NCBI GenBank assembly: GCA_050294405.1
Contig: JBNKOC010000004.1
Span: 128,001-192,000, forward strand
Source of the DNA: Fibrobacteria bacterium
GTDB taxonomy: Bacteria; Fibrobacterota; Fibrobacteria; UBA11236; JADFYW01
Direction: 5' to 3'
DNA length: 64,000 nt
Below are positions 11,140 through 20,034 of the stretch, one piece after another. The notes beneath the pieces are model-generated. The model made no database searches. It worked only from the letters and a program-made list of their open reading frames with translations, and had not been told where the DNA came from. The translations under genes and the position numbers were made by a program. Positions within the stretch are counted from its first letter, which is position 1. Each line of letters begins with the position of its first letter.

Positions 11140-12626
11140 TTTTCCTGATATTATTTTTTGCGAGCTTTGGATTTTCCAATAGCCAAAATATATTGCTTAA
11201 ATTTGAAAAGCCATACATTTTAAAAAAAATATATGCCGCCGAAAGAAAAGGGGTACAGCAGGGAGACCTACTGGCTGTTTTACAGGATTTTCAGGGTCAT
11301 CCCGTAGAAATCAAAGCCAATTCCGCCGGCCGAATATTAAAAGTTCACTTTGTGCAATTCGATACCATTCCTAAAAACAGCTTGTTTTTAGAAATGGAAA
11401 TCACCCCCATTAACATCCAGGAATATTCCCGGGGAGACAAAGTCTACCACAGCTCAAGCCTAAAACATCTTTTTTACAAATTGTGGGAGTCCACAGGAAT
11501 AGCCTCTTTGGGCAAATACCTCAGCTATTCCTTTCAGGACAGCCTGGGCAAAGTCTTTATGATATTTGTGGGTTTTTTATTGTTATTCCTCGCCATCGCT
11601 AAAAAATTCGAACCCCTTTTATTAGTTCCAATCGGTTTTGGCTGCATTCTCAGCAACATACCGGAGAGCGGCTTTACCGAGCCAGGGGGCATGTTATTTT
11701 ACATCTATGAGGTGGGAATCAGTACGGGAATTTTTCCCCTCATTATTTTTATGGGAGTGGGCGCACTTACAGATTTTGGGCCAATGATAGCCAACCCCAA
11801 AACGGCCTTATTAGGTGGAGCGGCACAGTTTGGAATATTTCTAACCTTAATGGGAGCCATTTTATTGTCCAAATGGATTCCGGGAATTGATTTTGATCTG
11901 AAAGACTCCTCCGCTATTGCCATTATAGGAGGAGCCGACGGGCCCACAGCCATTTTTTTGGCTTCTAAGTTATCTCCTCGTCTTTTGGGCTCCATTGCCG
12001 TGGCGGCTTATTCTTATATGGCGCTGGTCCCCATTATCCAGCCTCCCATTATGCGCTGGCTCACTACTCCCGAAGAACGTAAAATTCGCATGTCTCAATT
12101 GCGAACCGTGTCCAAAAAAGAAAAAATCATTTTTCCTTTAAGCGTGTTAACTCTATGCGCCCTATTGCTTCCTTCAGCCGCCCCCTTAATTGGAATGTTT
12201 ATGTTTGGAAACCTAATGCGCGAGTGTTTGGTGGTGGAAAGGCTCTCACAAACCGCTCAAAATGGGCTCATCAATATTGTGACCATTTTTTTGGGGTTGG
12301 GGGTAGGCTCCAAGTTGTCGGCAGATAAGTTTTTGCATTTAGAAACCCTGGGGATTTTGTTTTTGGGAATTTTCGCCTTCGGAGTGGGCACGGCTGCGGG
12401 AATAATTATGGCCAAATGGATGAATTACTTTTCCAAAAACAAAATAAACCCCCTAATCGGCTCTGCAGGAGTATCTGCGGTCCCAATGGCGGCCCGAGTT
12501 AGCAATAGTGAAGGATTAAAGGCGGATTCTCAAAATTTTCTGCTTTTTCACGCCATGGGCCCCAATGTGGCAGGAGTAATTGGGTCCGCAGTTGCAGCAG
12601 GGGTATTATTGGCTGTTTTTGAATAG
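11127..12626 (+). CDS. oadB: Na+-translocating decarboxylase beta subunit with N-terminal biotinyl/lipoyl-like domain; start uncertain (ATT 11127 or TTG 11193)
   Basis: [37 protein letters not shown] and HAMGPNVAG motifs. Confidence 0.93.
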   Translation: MNHLIFLILFFASFGFSNSQNILLKFEKPYILKKIYAAERKGVQQGDLLAVLQDFQGHPVEIKANSAGRILKVHFVQFDTIPKNSLFLEMEITPINIQEYSRGDKVYHSSSLKHLFYKLWESTGIASLGKYLSYSFQDSLGKVFMIFVGFLLLFLAIAKKFEPLLLVPIGFGCILSNIPESGFTEPGGMLFYIYEVGISTGIFPLIIFMGVGALTDFGPMIANPKTALLGGAAQFGIFLTLMGAILLSKWIPGIDFDLKDSSAIAIIGGADGPTAIFLASKLSPRLLGSIAVAAYSYMALVPIIQPPIMRWLTTPEERKIRMSQLRTVSKKEKIIFPLSVLTLCALLLPSAAPLIGMFMFGNLMRECLVVERLSQTAQNGLINIVTIFLGLGVGSKLSADKFLHLETLGILFLGIFAFGVGTAAGIIMAKWMNYFSKNKINPLIGSAGVSAVPMAARVSNSEGLKADSQNFLLFHAMGPNVAGVIGSAVAAGVLLAVFE

Positions 12627-12726
12627 TTTGGCATTTTTATTAGCAAAATTGTACCAGAACTGTAACGATTGTAAAGCTTTAGTCACTTGAGTGGCTGAAA
12701 TTCAATTTTAACTATATCTTTAAACT

Positions 12727-13656
12727 ATGGAATTTGCAGAATTAAACCGCCGTAATTTGTCCAGGCCCGCTCTAATTTTAAAAAGGTTAGTGGATATCCT
12801 AATTGGCAGCTTTGGTTGCCTGTTTTTTTTAGCAGCTTACCCAATTGTAAGTCTACTCATTAAACTGGAGTCTCCAGGACCTGTCTTATACAAACAAGTT
12901 CGGGTGGGCACTAACCGAAGGAATTCTGAAAGGCGCCAGAGTCGCGGTAAAAATTTAATTCCCCTTAAAAATCTTAGAAAAGAAAAATCCGAAAGGCGCA
13001 AACTAAATTCAGCCGGAGTTCACTTTACTCTATATAAATTCAGGACTATGCGGCAGGACGCCGAAAAGTACGGTCCTCAATTATGCGCCACCAATGGAGA
13101 TGCTCGTATCACCAAGGTGGGCAAATGGCTTCGCTACTTTCACATTGATGAATTGCCCCAGTTTGTAAATGTTTTAAAAGGAAATATGAGCTTAATTGGC
13201 CCCCGCCCCGAACGCCCCTTTTTCACAGAAAAATATTGCCTGGAAATTCCAGAATACCCAAACCGCACCCGGAACATTAAACCCGGCCTAACCGGTTTGG
13301 CCCAAATCACTTTGGGATATGACGAATCCATTAAAACCGTAAACCGTAAATTTTATTACGACATTACCTATGGCATGTCCTTTTACAGTTTTAAAGCCTG
13401 GGCAAAAATGGAAAGCTGGATTTTTATTAACACTCTTAAATATCTAAGCAACCAAATTACCGTGGCTTTTAAATACAAAGCTGCAAACATCAATAACCCG
13501 GAACCCGCCAAAGAAATAGACAGAGCTCAAATACATGTGGCCCATCCCAAAAAAATGGTGCACAAAATCCACAAAAAACATTTGACCACCTCTCACTTGG
13601 CCTTACATTTTCCAGAGCTCTACGCCATGAAACAGCCCGCGGAAAGCGGATCTTAA
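12727..13656 (+). CDS. Polyprenyl-phosphate sugar (priming glycosyl)transferase, Bac_transf family
   Basis: KRLVDI, YKFRTM, DELPQ and GPRPERP motifs. Confidence 0.92.
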   Translation: MEFAELNRRNLSRPALILKRLVDILIGSFGCLFFLAAYPIVSLLIKLESPGPVLYKQVRVGTNRRNSERRQSRGKNLIPLKNLRKEKSERRKLNSAGVHFTLYKFRTMRQDAEKYGPQLCATNGDARITKVGKWLRYFHIDELPQFVNVLKGNMSLIGPRPERPFFTEKYCLEIPEYPNRTRNIKPGLTGLAQITLGYDESIKTVNRKFYYDITYGMSFYSFKAWAKMESWIFINTLKYLSNQITVAFKYKAANINNPEPAKEIDRAQIHVAHPKKMVHKIHKKHLTTSHLALHFPELYAMKQPAESGS

Positions 13657-14531
13657 AGGGTTCTTAGGAAAATTTCCATTAAACTAATCACATCCAAGGC
13701 ATTGTGATGTATAGCCCCTTCCATAGTTTTAGGGCTACTGGGATTATCCACATATTCTTTATAAGCTGCCGGAATTTGGGAACCGGGCAAATCACCCACC
13801 CGATGCCTTTTTAAAAAGGCTTTTTCCAGCGTTTGCAGTTTTACATTGGGCAAATTCTTTTTCCAGTGCTTGCGGGCATAATGCAAAAGGTCCACATGTA
13901 TAGGCTCGTATGCAGGATTTAATTGCCAATAATAACTTCGTTCTTCTATAAAGGGCCAATCAAAAGCTTTGCCATTATAGCTAACTAGCATTTTAAAGTT
14001 GGGCAAAAAATCCCAAAAGCATTTCAAAACCGAACGCTCTTCGGAATAATCCCTTGCAAAAAACTGCGTCACATACACTTTAGAATCTCTTACATAACAT
14101 AAACCAATCAAAAACAAAGGCACTCCGGAAAACCCGCAGGTTTCTATATCAAAAAAAGCGAGTTCCTCAGGGAAACGAAGGTTCAGCCATTCGGGATTTT
14201 GTTCAGCAGCTAAACTCAGGCCTTCAATTTTTTTTACAAACTCCTGAGTGCCGTTCCAAAAGCCTTCTCCCTCCCGGTGGATAATTAAACTGGACTCCGC
14301 TTTTATGGAAGGCAATTCCAAGTTGTTAGGAAAAAAATCCATCAACTCTTCAAAGTCGCCCTGCTCCCTCTTAAAAAAATGGGTATCGGGCATAGTATCA
14401 AAATGAACTTGGGCTGAGTTTTGTGCTCTTGGAGGAACATTTCCCTGAGATGTTTTAGCTTGGGGTTTATTTTCACTCCCCACTTTGTGGATGGCGTTTA
14501 ACAATTCCAGTTTGGATTTTAACCGTCCCAT
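13653..14531 (-). CDS. YprB/MrfB-like RNase H-fold exonuclease
   Basis: FFDIET, YNGKAFD, HVDLL and HNALD motifs; directly after a DUF1998 helicase. Confidence 0.88.
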   Translation of the reverse strand: MGRLKSKLELLNAIHKVGSENKPQAKTSQGNVPPRAQNSAQVHFDTMPDTHFFKREQGDFEELMDFFPNNLELPSIKAESSLIIHREGEGFWNGTQEFVKKIEGLSLAAEQNPEWLNLRFPEELAFFDIETCGFSGVPLFLIGLCYVRDSKVYVTQFFARDYSEERSVLKCFWDFLPNFKMLVSYNGKAFDWPFIEERSYYWQLNPAYEPIHVDLLHYARKHWKKNLPNVKLQTLEKAFLKRHRVGDLPGSQIPAAYKEYVDNPSSPKTMEGAIHHNALDVISLMEIFLRTL

Positions 14532-14537
14532 ATTAGC

Positions 14538-16793
14538 TTAGCTCTCTGATATCAATTCCAAACAAAGTTGTTTATAGGATATATTTGAACCTGATTGTTC
14601 AAATTGACCCACGCAAAAAGGGCAACCAGAGTCGCAGGAGCAACTGGATATGATATTTCGGCATATGTTAATCATGACATCAAAATTTTCAAATATTTTT
14701 TTAGATACTCCTAGTCCACCATCATACACATCAGAAATGCTCAACACTGTTTTTTTATTTTGATCTTTGCAAATTTCCACATTCATATCAGAAGGCTCTA
14801 ACATTAATCCCAAAACTGCAGCTTTTTTTAAAAGCTCTCCCAGACTTTCCAATAGCCCCCTGGTGTTTTTCCCAAGACCTAGCTCCTGTGCAAAACCAGT
14901 TCCAAAGGAAATAACCAAAGCCTCCGTATTTAAAATGGGTAATTTTCGGTAAACCGCCCACTCCGAAACCTTTTTCCCGCTCTTAAAATCAATTTTTTTA
15001 AGAGCTTCAATTTCAGTTTTCAGCTCTATTTTGGAAAGAGAAGCTTTAAGGCCGAATTTTTGAAGTTGCCCCATTTGCATTTCAGATTTTAAAACAGAAG
15101 ACATTTTGGGATAGGTGTAATAATCCAGATTGCTTTCTCTTAAAATGATTAGGGGGCTGCCCGGTTCCCAGTTTTCCACCTGGTATTCCTTACCTCCAGA
15201 CAAATAAACGGCTCCCTTAAAAATATGCCTTAAGGCTTTGAATTCTTCCAACTGACCTATATTACTGCGCCCGGTTTCATATTGAACCCACAACTCTATG
15301 TTTTTATCCCCAAAACTGCGAAGGCTAAATTGATGGGAACCAGTTTGAGGAAAGTACCACTCTCCTTTTAGTTCTTTTAATTCGCCATCATCCAAAAGTT
15401 TTCGCACAATGCTTTCAAACTTTTCTCCAAAATAGAGGGAGTCCTCCTGATTTAAAGGGCATTCCTGGGCGGCGCATTTAATATGGGCTTCAAGAAGCAA
15501 ATTGTTTTGAGGATCACAGCTAATATTTTCAAAATTATTTTGAAATAGCAAATGGGAGTTTTTGGCTATGTAACTATCCAGAGGGCGATAAAGGGGCACA
15601 TACAAAACCAGTCCAGGCTTTTTTCCTCTTCCGGTTCGGCCCGCCTGTTGCCTGAAGCTGGCCAGGCTGGGGGGAAAACCCAAAATTACCACCACATCCA
15701 TCTGGCCTATATCCACTCCCATTTCCAGGGCGCTTGTTCCCACAATGACTTTAAAATTGTTTTCGTATATATCCTCATCTAATTTTTTTCTGTCTTTATT
15801 GGAAAGGCCGCTGCGATATACCAATATATGTTCTTCAGCAATTTGAGAAGAGCCTTTTAAAAGCCTTCCCATTAATTCGCAATGCAAACGGGATTGGGTA
15901 AACATCAAAATTTTTTTATCCTGGGAACAAAGTTCTTCGCAAAGATGGGCCAGGCGCTGATATAGCTCAGAGCTTTTGCCGCCCATTCTGTAAATATGTT
16001 CTGTTTCCAATGAAGCCCACAAGCCCGGCGGTTTAGGAGAGCTGTCTTCAGAAAAAATTTGAGGATCTTTTCCAATTAAATTTTTTCCGTGCTCCCCTTC
16101 ATTGCCAAGGGTGGCGCTTGCCAACATCCAATGGGGATTAGAGCCATATTTGTGGCAAATTCTCCGAAGCCTGGAAAAAAGCAAACATACATGGGACCCA
16201 AATACTCCCCCATACACATGGGCCTCATCCACCACCACTCCCTGCATATGCATGAAAAATCGGGACCACCTGCCATTTTGAGGCAATATACTTGCATGAA
16301 GGGAATCGGGATTGGTAAAAAGTATGTTGGCCCTTTTTCGGGCTTCCGCCTTATTCTTAGAGGAAATATCTCCGTTGTATAAATAAGGTTTTACGCAGGA
16401 TATAAGTTCGGGCTGATTGGAAATTATATGCAGCAGCTTACGGAACTGGTTTGCCGCCAGAGCTTTGGTGGGAAACAAAACCAAAAAACAATTTCTAGGC
16501 TCACTTAATAGCGAAGATAGAATGGGAAGCCAAAAGCAAAGACTCTTCCCGGATGCAGTGGGAGTAACCACTAAAAAATTTTCCTTCTCCGTTGCGCAGT
16601 TAAAACTGTCCACCTGCTGTTTGTAAAGCTTGGTCAAACCCTGGTTGTGCAAATGGTTTTTCAAAATTTCAGGTACCTCATCAGGCAAATCAAAAAGCGT
16701 TTCGGGCCTTGGCTCCAATTCCTTTTCCCAGCCCAGCGAAAAAGAGCTTTGAGATTTAATTTGAGACCAGAAATCAAAGGGCTTGGAAGACAT
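14538..16793 (-). CDS. DEAH helicase with DUF1998 (YprA/MrfA/Hrq1-like)
   Basis: TPTASGKS, DEAH, SAT, QQAGRTGR and C-terminal CSCDSGCPFC; ATG 16793 preferred as start. Confidence 0.92.
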   Translation of the reverse strand: MSSKPFDFWSQIKSQSSFSLGWEKELEPRPETLFDLPDEVPEILKNHLHNQGLTKLYKQQVDSFNCATEKENFLVVTPTASGKSLCFWLPILSSLLSEPRNCFLVLFPTKALAANQFRKLLHIISNQPELISCVKPYLYNGDISSKNKAEARKRANILFTNPDSLHASILPQNGRWSRFFMHMQGVVVDEAHVYGGVFGSHVCLLFSRLRRICHKYGSNPHWMLASATLGNEGEHGKNLIGKDPQIFSEDSSPKPPGLWASLETEHIYRMGGKSSELYQRLAHLCEELCSQDKKILMFTQSRLHCELMGRLLKGSSQIAEEHILVYRSGLSNKDRKKLDEDIYENNFKVIVGTSALEMGVDIGQMDVVVILGFPPSLASFRQQAGRTGRGKKPGLVLYVPLYRPLDSYIAKNSHLLFQNNFENISCDPQNNLLLEAHIKCAAQECPLNQEDSLYFGEKFESIVRKLLDDGELKELKGEWYFPQTGSHQFSLRSFGDKNIELWVQYETGRSNIGQLEEFKALRHIFKGAVYLSGGKEYQVENWEPGSPLIILRESNLDYYTYPKMSSVLKSEMQMGQLQKFGLKASLSKIELKTEIEALKKIDFKSGKKVSEWAVYRKLPILNTEALVISFGTGFAQELGLGKNTRGLLESLGELLKKAAVLGLMLEPSDMNVEICKDQNKKTVLSISDVYDGGLGVSKKIFENFDVMINICRNIISSCSCDSGCPFCVGQFEQSGSNISYKQLCLELISES

Positions 16794-16942
16794 AACAAAT
16801 TTAAACCTAGTATAAATTTGCCTGGAAAACAGTAAGCAAAGCACTTGTAAAGCAGGGCTTTTTTCAGTATTTTATTTTTTTCACTTTTAATGATTGTTGG
16901 CTTTTTTTAAATTCTCGATATAATTGAATGGAGGTATTCTAA

Positions 16943-17236
16943 ATGACTTATGTAGTTCAGGAAGCATGTGTAAAATGCAAATACGGTGATTGTGTTGAAG
17001 TTTGTCCAGTTAACTGTTTTTATGAAGACGAAGATATGCTGGTTATCAATCCCGAAGAATGCATTGATTGCTCAGCTTGCGTTCCCGCTTGCCCAGTAGA
17101 AGCCATTGCTTCCGAAGACGAAGCGGAAGAAAACTGGATTAAGAAAAATGCAGAGTTCGACTTTGCTGACGACAAAAGAAGAGAAAGCAAAGACGACGTT
17201 ACCCATGGTCCTGATTGGGACGAAGATAAAGCCTAA
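16943..17236 (+). CDS. fdxA: FdxA-like dicluster ferredoxin
   Basis: [20 protein letters not shown] and [20 protein letters not shown]. Confidence 0.93.
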   Translation: MTYVVQEACVKCKYGDCVEVCPVNCFYEDEDMLVINPEECIDCSACVPACPVEAIASEDEAEENWIKKNAEFDFADDKRRESKDDVTHGPDWDEDKA

Positions 17237-17264
17237 GTTTAGTAAAAGGCTAAAGTTGAAATTT

Positions 17265-17291
17265 AAAGCGGCTGAACAAGCCGCTTTTTTT
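17265..17291 (+). terminator. Intrinsic terminator after the ferredoxin gene
   Basis: AAAGCGGCT-gaaca-AGCCGCTTT followed by a T-run. Confidence 0.85.
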
Positions 17292-17306
17292 ATAGCAGGC
17301 TTTTAA

Positions 17307-17816
17307 ATGGAAAAATTAAAACACATTGTAGCAGGCAGAGGCTCTCCCCACTTTTTTTTGGCCGCGTTATGTCTAGTGGCGTTTGTTTTTTATCCTGCTG
17401 TTTTAAAGGCAAGTGAGAGCACCCAATTTAAAAGCAAAATTGAGGTTATCAAATATTTGCAAAAAAACACGGCTGCCAAAGAGTTTAAAGAGCTCAAACT
17501 CGATATAAATCTAGACCAAAACAAAGAGTTACTTGTAGGTACAGATTGCTCCAGGGAAGGCCCATGTTTGTACCATATTTTTGAAATGCTTAAATCCGGT
17601 GGTTTTCAATTTAAGGGTACAGTGCTGTTGCATAGTTTCTTTGAAGTTCTGGCTCAAAAATCCAACGGATACTGTGATATTTTACAGGCCCAAATGGATA
17701 GCAATAACCATTTTCAACTGGTGCGCTATGAATTTAATGGGAAAGACTACAAGCCAGGGCCCTCTATTCGCACCAATTCCAAGGTTTCCACTATTTTAAA
17801 ATCGAGCCTTAAGTAG
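17307..17816 (+). CDS. Exported hypothetical protein
   Basis: Signal-peptide-like segment ending VLKA; 169 aa. Confidence 0.7.
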   Translation: MEKLKHIVAGRGSPHFFLAALCLVAFVFYPAVLKASESTQFKSKIEVIKYLQKNTAAKEFKELKLDINLDQNKELLVGTDCSREGPCLYHIFEMLKSGGFQFKGTVLLHSFFEVLAQKSNGYCDILQAQMDSNNHFQLVRYEFNGKDYKPGPSIRTNSKVSTILKSSLK

Positions 17817-17836
17817 CCAAATCAGACTTAAATACA

Positions 17837-17946
17837 GGGCAGCTCTAAAAATTGATGATCGTTGTTGTGAGCGAGGCACACGATGATGAACCGAAGCGAA
17901 GCGCAAGCTTGAAGGAGCCTGTGACACCCAATTTTTAGAGCTGCCC
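17837..17946. repeat. 110-bp MITE/REP-like element with perfect 18-bp terminal inverted repeats
   Basis: GGGCAGCTCTAAAAATTG (17837-17854) and CAATTTTTAGAGCTGCCC (17929-17946); GC-richer interior; intergenic. Confidence 0.8.
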
Positions 17947-18035
17947 AACAGTTTTTAACGGAAATTCGTTGTAATTTCAGGTCAACACACTCTGGAATCC
18001 CACAATCCTTTGTATATTATCCAGACAGAAAGATT

Positions 18036-19025
18036 ATGGTTAAACGGCTTCCCATCGCAAAATACGGCAAAACAGCCAAGTATTTATATGAAAACTGGAA
18101 AGCCGAAAAAAACCCATTTTACGCTTCCTTAAAAGTAACTTTGCGCTGTCAGTTTAGCTGTAGCTTCTGTAATATTTGGAACAGCCCCAAAACCGAACTT
18201 TCCACTCAGGATTTAAAAAAAGTTTTGAGAAATCTGGGCAAAAGCTCCATTATTATGACTTCCTTTGAAGGAGGTGAACCTTTACTTCGAAAAGATATTG
18301 AAGAGCTTTTGGAGGTGGCCGCTGCCCAGCCCTTTTACGTAATGTTTACCACCAGCCAGCGCAATTTATTGAGCTATCCCTGGGAGCGTTATCAAAAACA
18401 CATCGATTTTTTAGAAATCAGCATTGATGAAGGCCATAAAAATTTAGAAATGTTTCAGCTATTACCTGACATTAACAAATTTGACATGGTGGTTTGCGTG
18501 CAAACCGTAGTGCGTAAAGAGGACCAGGATAAAATGGAAGAAAAAGTGCGCTCCTGTTACGAAGCGGGTTGTAAAATTCTGTTAATGCCAGCTACTACCT
18601 TAGAAGGTGCGGCAGACGGCTTTCCCGAGTTTGAAGCTTTTGAAAAAGAGGTGATGCGCCTTAAAAAACTTTTTCCCCGGGTTATTATCACCCCAAACTC
18701 CTATTTCAGAAGAATGAAAATGAAGAAGGGAGGCTGTAGCCCTAATTCTATCGTTGTGGATGCAGACGGAACCCTTTATTACCCCTGCCGTACTTTGGAA
18801 AGAAAAGCTATCCGACTCCAGGAAAGCGATTTAATGGAGTTTATAAACTCCCAAAACGCTCAGTCAGAGCGGGATTATATGCGAAACTGCGAGCGGCAAT
18901 GTGGCTGGTATCAGTTTTACGCCACGGCGGGATTCACCAAAGCCAGCGACTTTTGGGACGCTTTCAGCCCCTATTTTCAAGATTTTATTAAGGGTTCCAA
19001 GCAAAAAAAGCTACAGCAAGCTTAA
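18036..19025 (+). CDS. Radical SAM protein with C-terminal SPASM/twitch-like cysteines
   Basis: CQFSCSFC, GGEPLLR, C-terminal C..DADG..YPC...CERQC. Confidence 0.92.
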   Translation: MVKRLPIAKYGKTAKYLYENWKAEKNPFYASLKVTLRCQFSCSFCNIWNSPKTELSTQDLKKVLRNLGKSSIIMTSFEGGEPLLRKDIEELLEVAAAQPFYVMFTTSQRNLLSYPWERYQKHIDFLEISIDEGHKNLEMFQLLPDINKFDMVVCVQTVVRKEDQDKMEEKVRSCYEAGCKILLMPATTLEGAADGFPEFEAFEKEVMRLKKLFPRVIITPNSYFRRMKMKKGGCSPNSIVVDADGTLYYPCRTLERKAIRLQESDLMEFINSQNAQSERDYMRNCERQCGWYQFYATAGFTKASDFWDAFSPYFQDFIKGSKQKKLQQA

Positions 19026-19090
19026 GATTTAGCGTAAGCAAATCCTTTAGTCAATTTAAAATCTGGCACTTTATTTTTAGTAGAGAACCC

Positions 19091-19186
19091 ATTTTTGTAA
19101 TCGTTTTTAATTGTTATTTTTTTAAAAATATTTGATTTTTGTTTATTTAATGGATTTTACGTAATCTTTACAGTATATTTACTTTT
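19091..19186 (+). promoter_or_regulatory. Putative promoter/operator with two GTAATC boxes
   Basis: ATTTTTGTAATC at 19091-19102; GTAATC-N7-TATATT-TACTTTT at 19161-19186; same layout as upstream of 22066. Confidence 0.55.
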
Positions 19187-19194
19187 ATATCCCT

Positions 19195-20034
19195 ATGAGT
19201 GTAGAAAAGCCAAATATTTATCAGTATGACGATTTTCGGGAATTTATCCGGCAATGTTTTTTTTACAAACAAAGCATTCAACCAAAATATTCCCATCGAA
19301 AATTTGCCGCAGAAGCCGGCTTCACCAACCCGGGGTATTTAAATGATGTAATAAAAGGCAGGCGGCAACTCAGCAAAAGCGCCCAAGAAAAAATCATCAA
19401 AGTTTTTAACATCCACCCCAGCGAGGAAGAATTTTTTCGGCTTATTGTGGAATACGGGCAATGCAAAAAATTAAAAACCAAAGATGAACTCTACCAAAAA
19501 ATTTTATTTCGCAGAAGCCGAAGCAGTTTCACCCGTCTAAACCCCCAGCTCGTCAAATACTATCAGGACTACCGATATCCATTAGTGCGCTCGGCCATTG
19601 AGGTTAAAAATTTCAAAGGAGATTACGACTCACTTGCAAAGTTTTTGATACCCAATCTGCCTACTAACATGGTGGTAAAAATTGTGCGGGATTTGTGCGA
19701 TTGGGGTTTGGTCAAACAAAACCAAAATGGAAGCTACGAAGTTACCGATAAATTTGTGGAGCCCCCCGAAACTATGGGCCAACTTATACGGCAACTCAAC
19801 CGCAGCTGGATTCAACAAGGGGAAGAAGCTATTTCCCAATTCAGTCCCAAGGAAAGATACATCAACTCCGCCCTAATGGGAATCAGCAGAGAAACACAAA
19901 AAAAAATCCGTGAAAAAATCGAAAAATTCCGGCAGGAAATTTTTGACCTGATTAAAGAAGATAAGGAACCAGAAGTTTTAATGCAATTGAGCATGCTTTA
20001 TTTTCCCAAGACAAAGGTCGAGGTAAAAAAATGA
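19195..20034 (+). CDS. TIGR02147-family protein (HTH-like N-terminus plus DUF4423-like C-terminus)
   Basis: IYQYDDFREF, YSHRKFAAEAGFTNPGYLNDVIKGRRQLS and terminal QLSMLYFP; ATGA-coupled to a lipoprotein gene. Confidence 0.85.
   Translation: MSVEKPNIYQYDDFREFIRQCFFYKQSIQPKYSHRKFAAEAGFTNPGYLNDVIKGRRQLSKSAQEKIIKVFNIHPSEEEFFRLIVEYGQCKKLKTKDELYQKILFRRSRSSFTRLNPQLVKYYQDYRYPLVRSAIEVKNFKGDYDSLAKFLIPNLPTNMVVKIVRDLCDWGLVKQNQNGSYEVTDKFVEPPETMGQLIRQLNRSWIQQGEEAISQFSPKERYINSALMGISRETQKKIREKIEKFRQEIFDLIKEDKEPEVLMQLSMLYFPKTKVEVKK

Noticed and set aside
12629..12644. Sigma54-like TGGCA...GC upstream of the sugar transferase
   Set aside because: GG-to-GC spacing is 11 nt rather than the required 10.
12649..12700. 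Three TGTA repeats and a short hairpin before the sugar transferase
   Set aside because: Too short and irregular to separate from chance in AT-rich DNA.
14538..16793. DUF1998 helicase as a DISARM/Druantia defence component
   Set aside because: It is a fused helicase-DUF1998 paired with YprB, with no methylase or other defence genes; this fits MrfAB-type repair.
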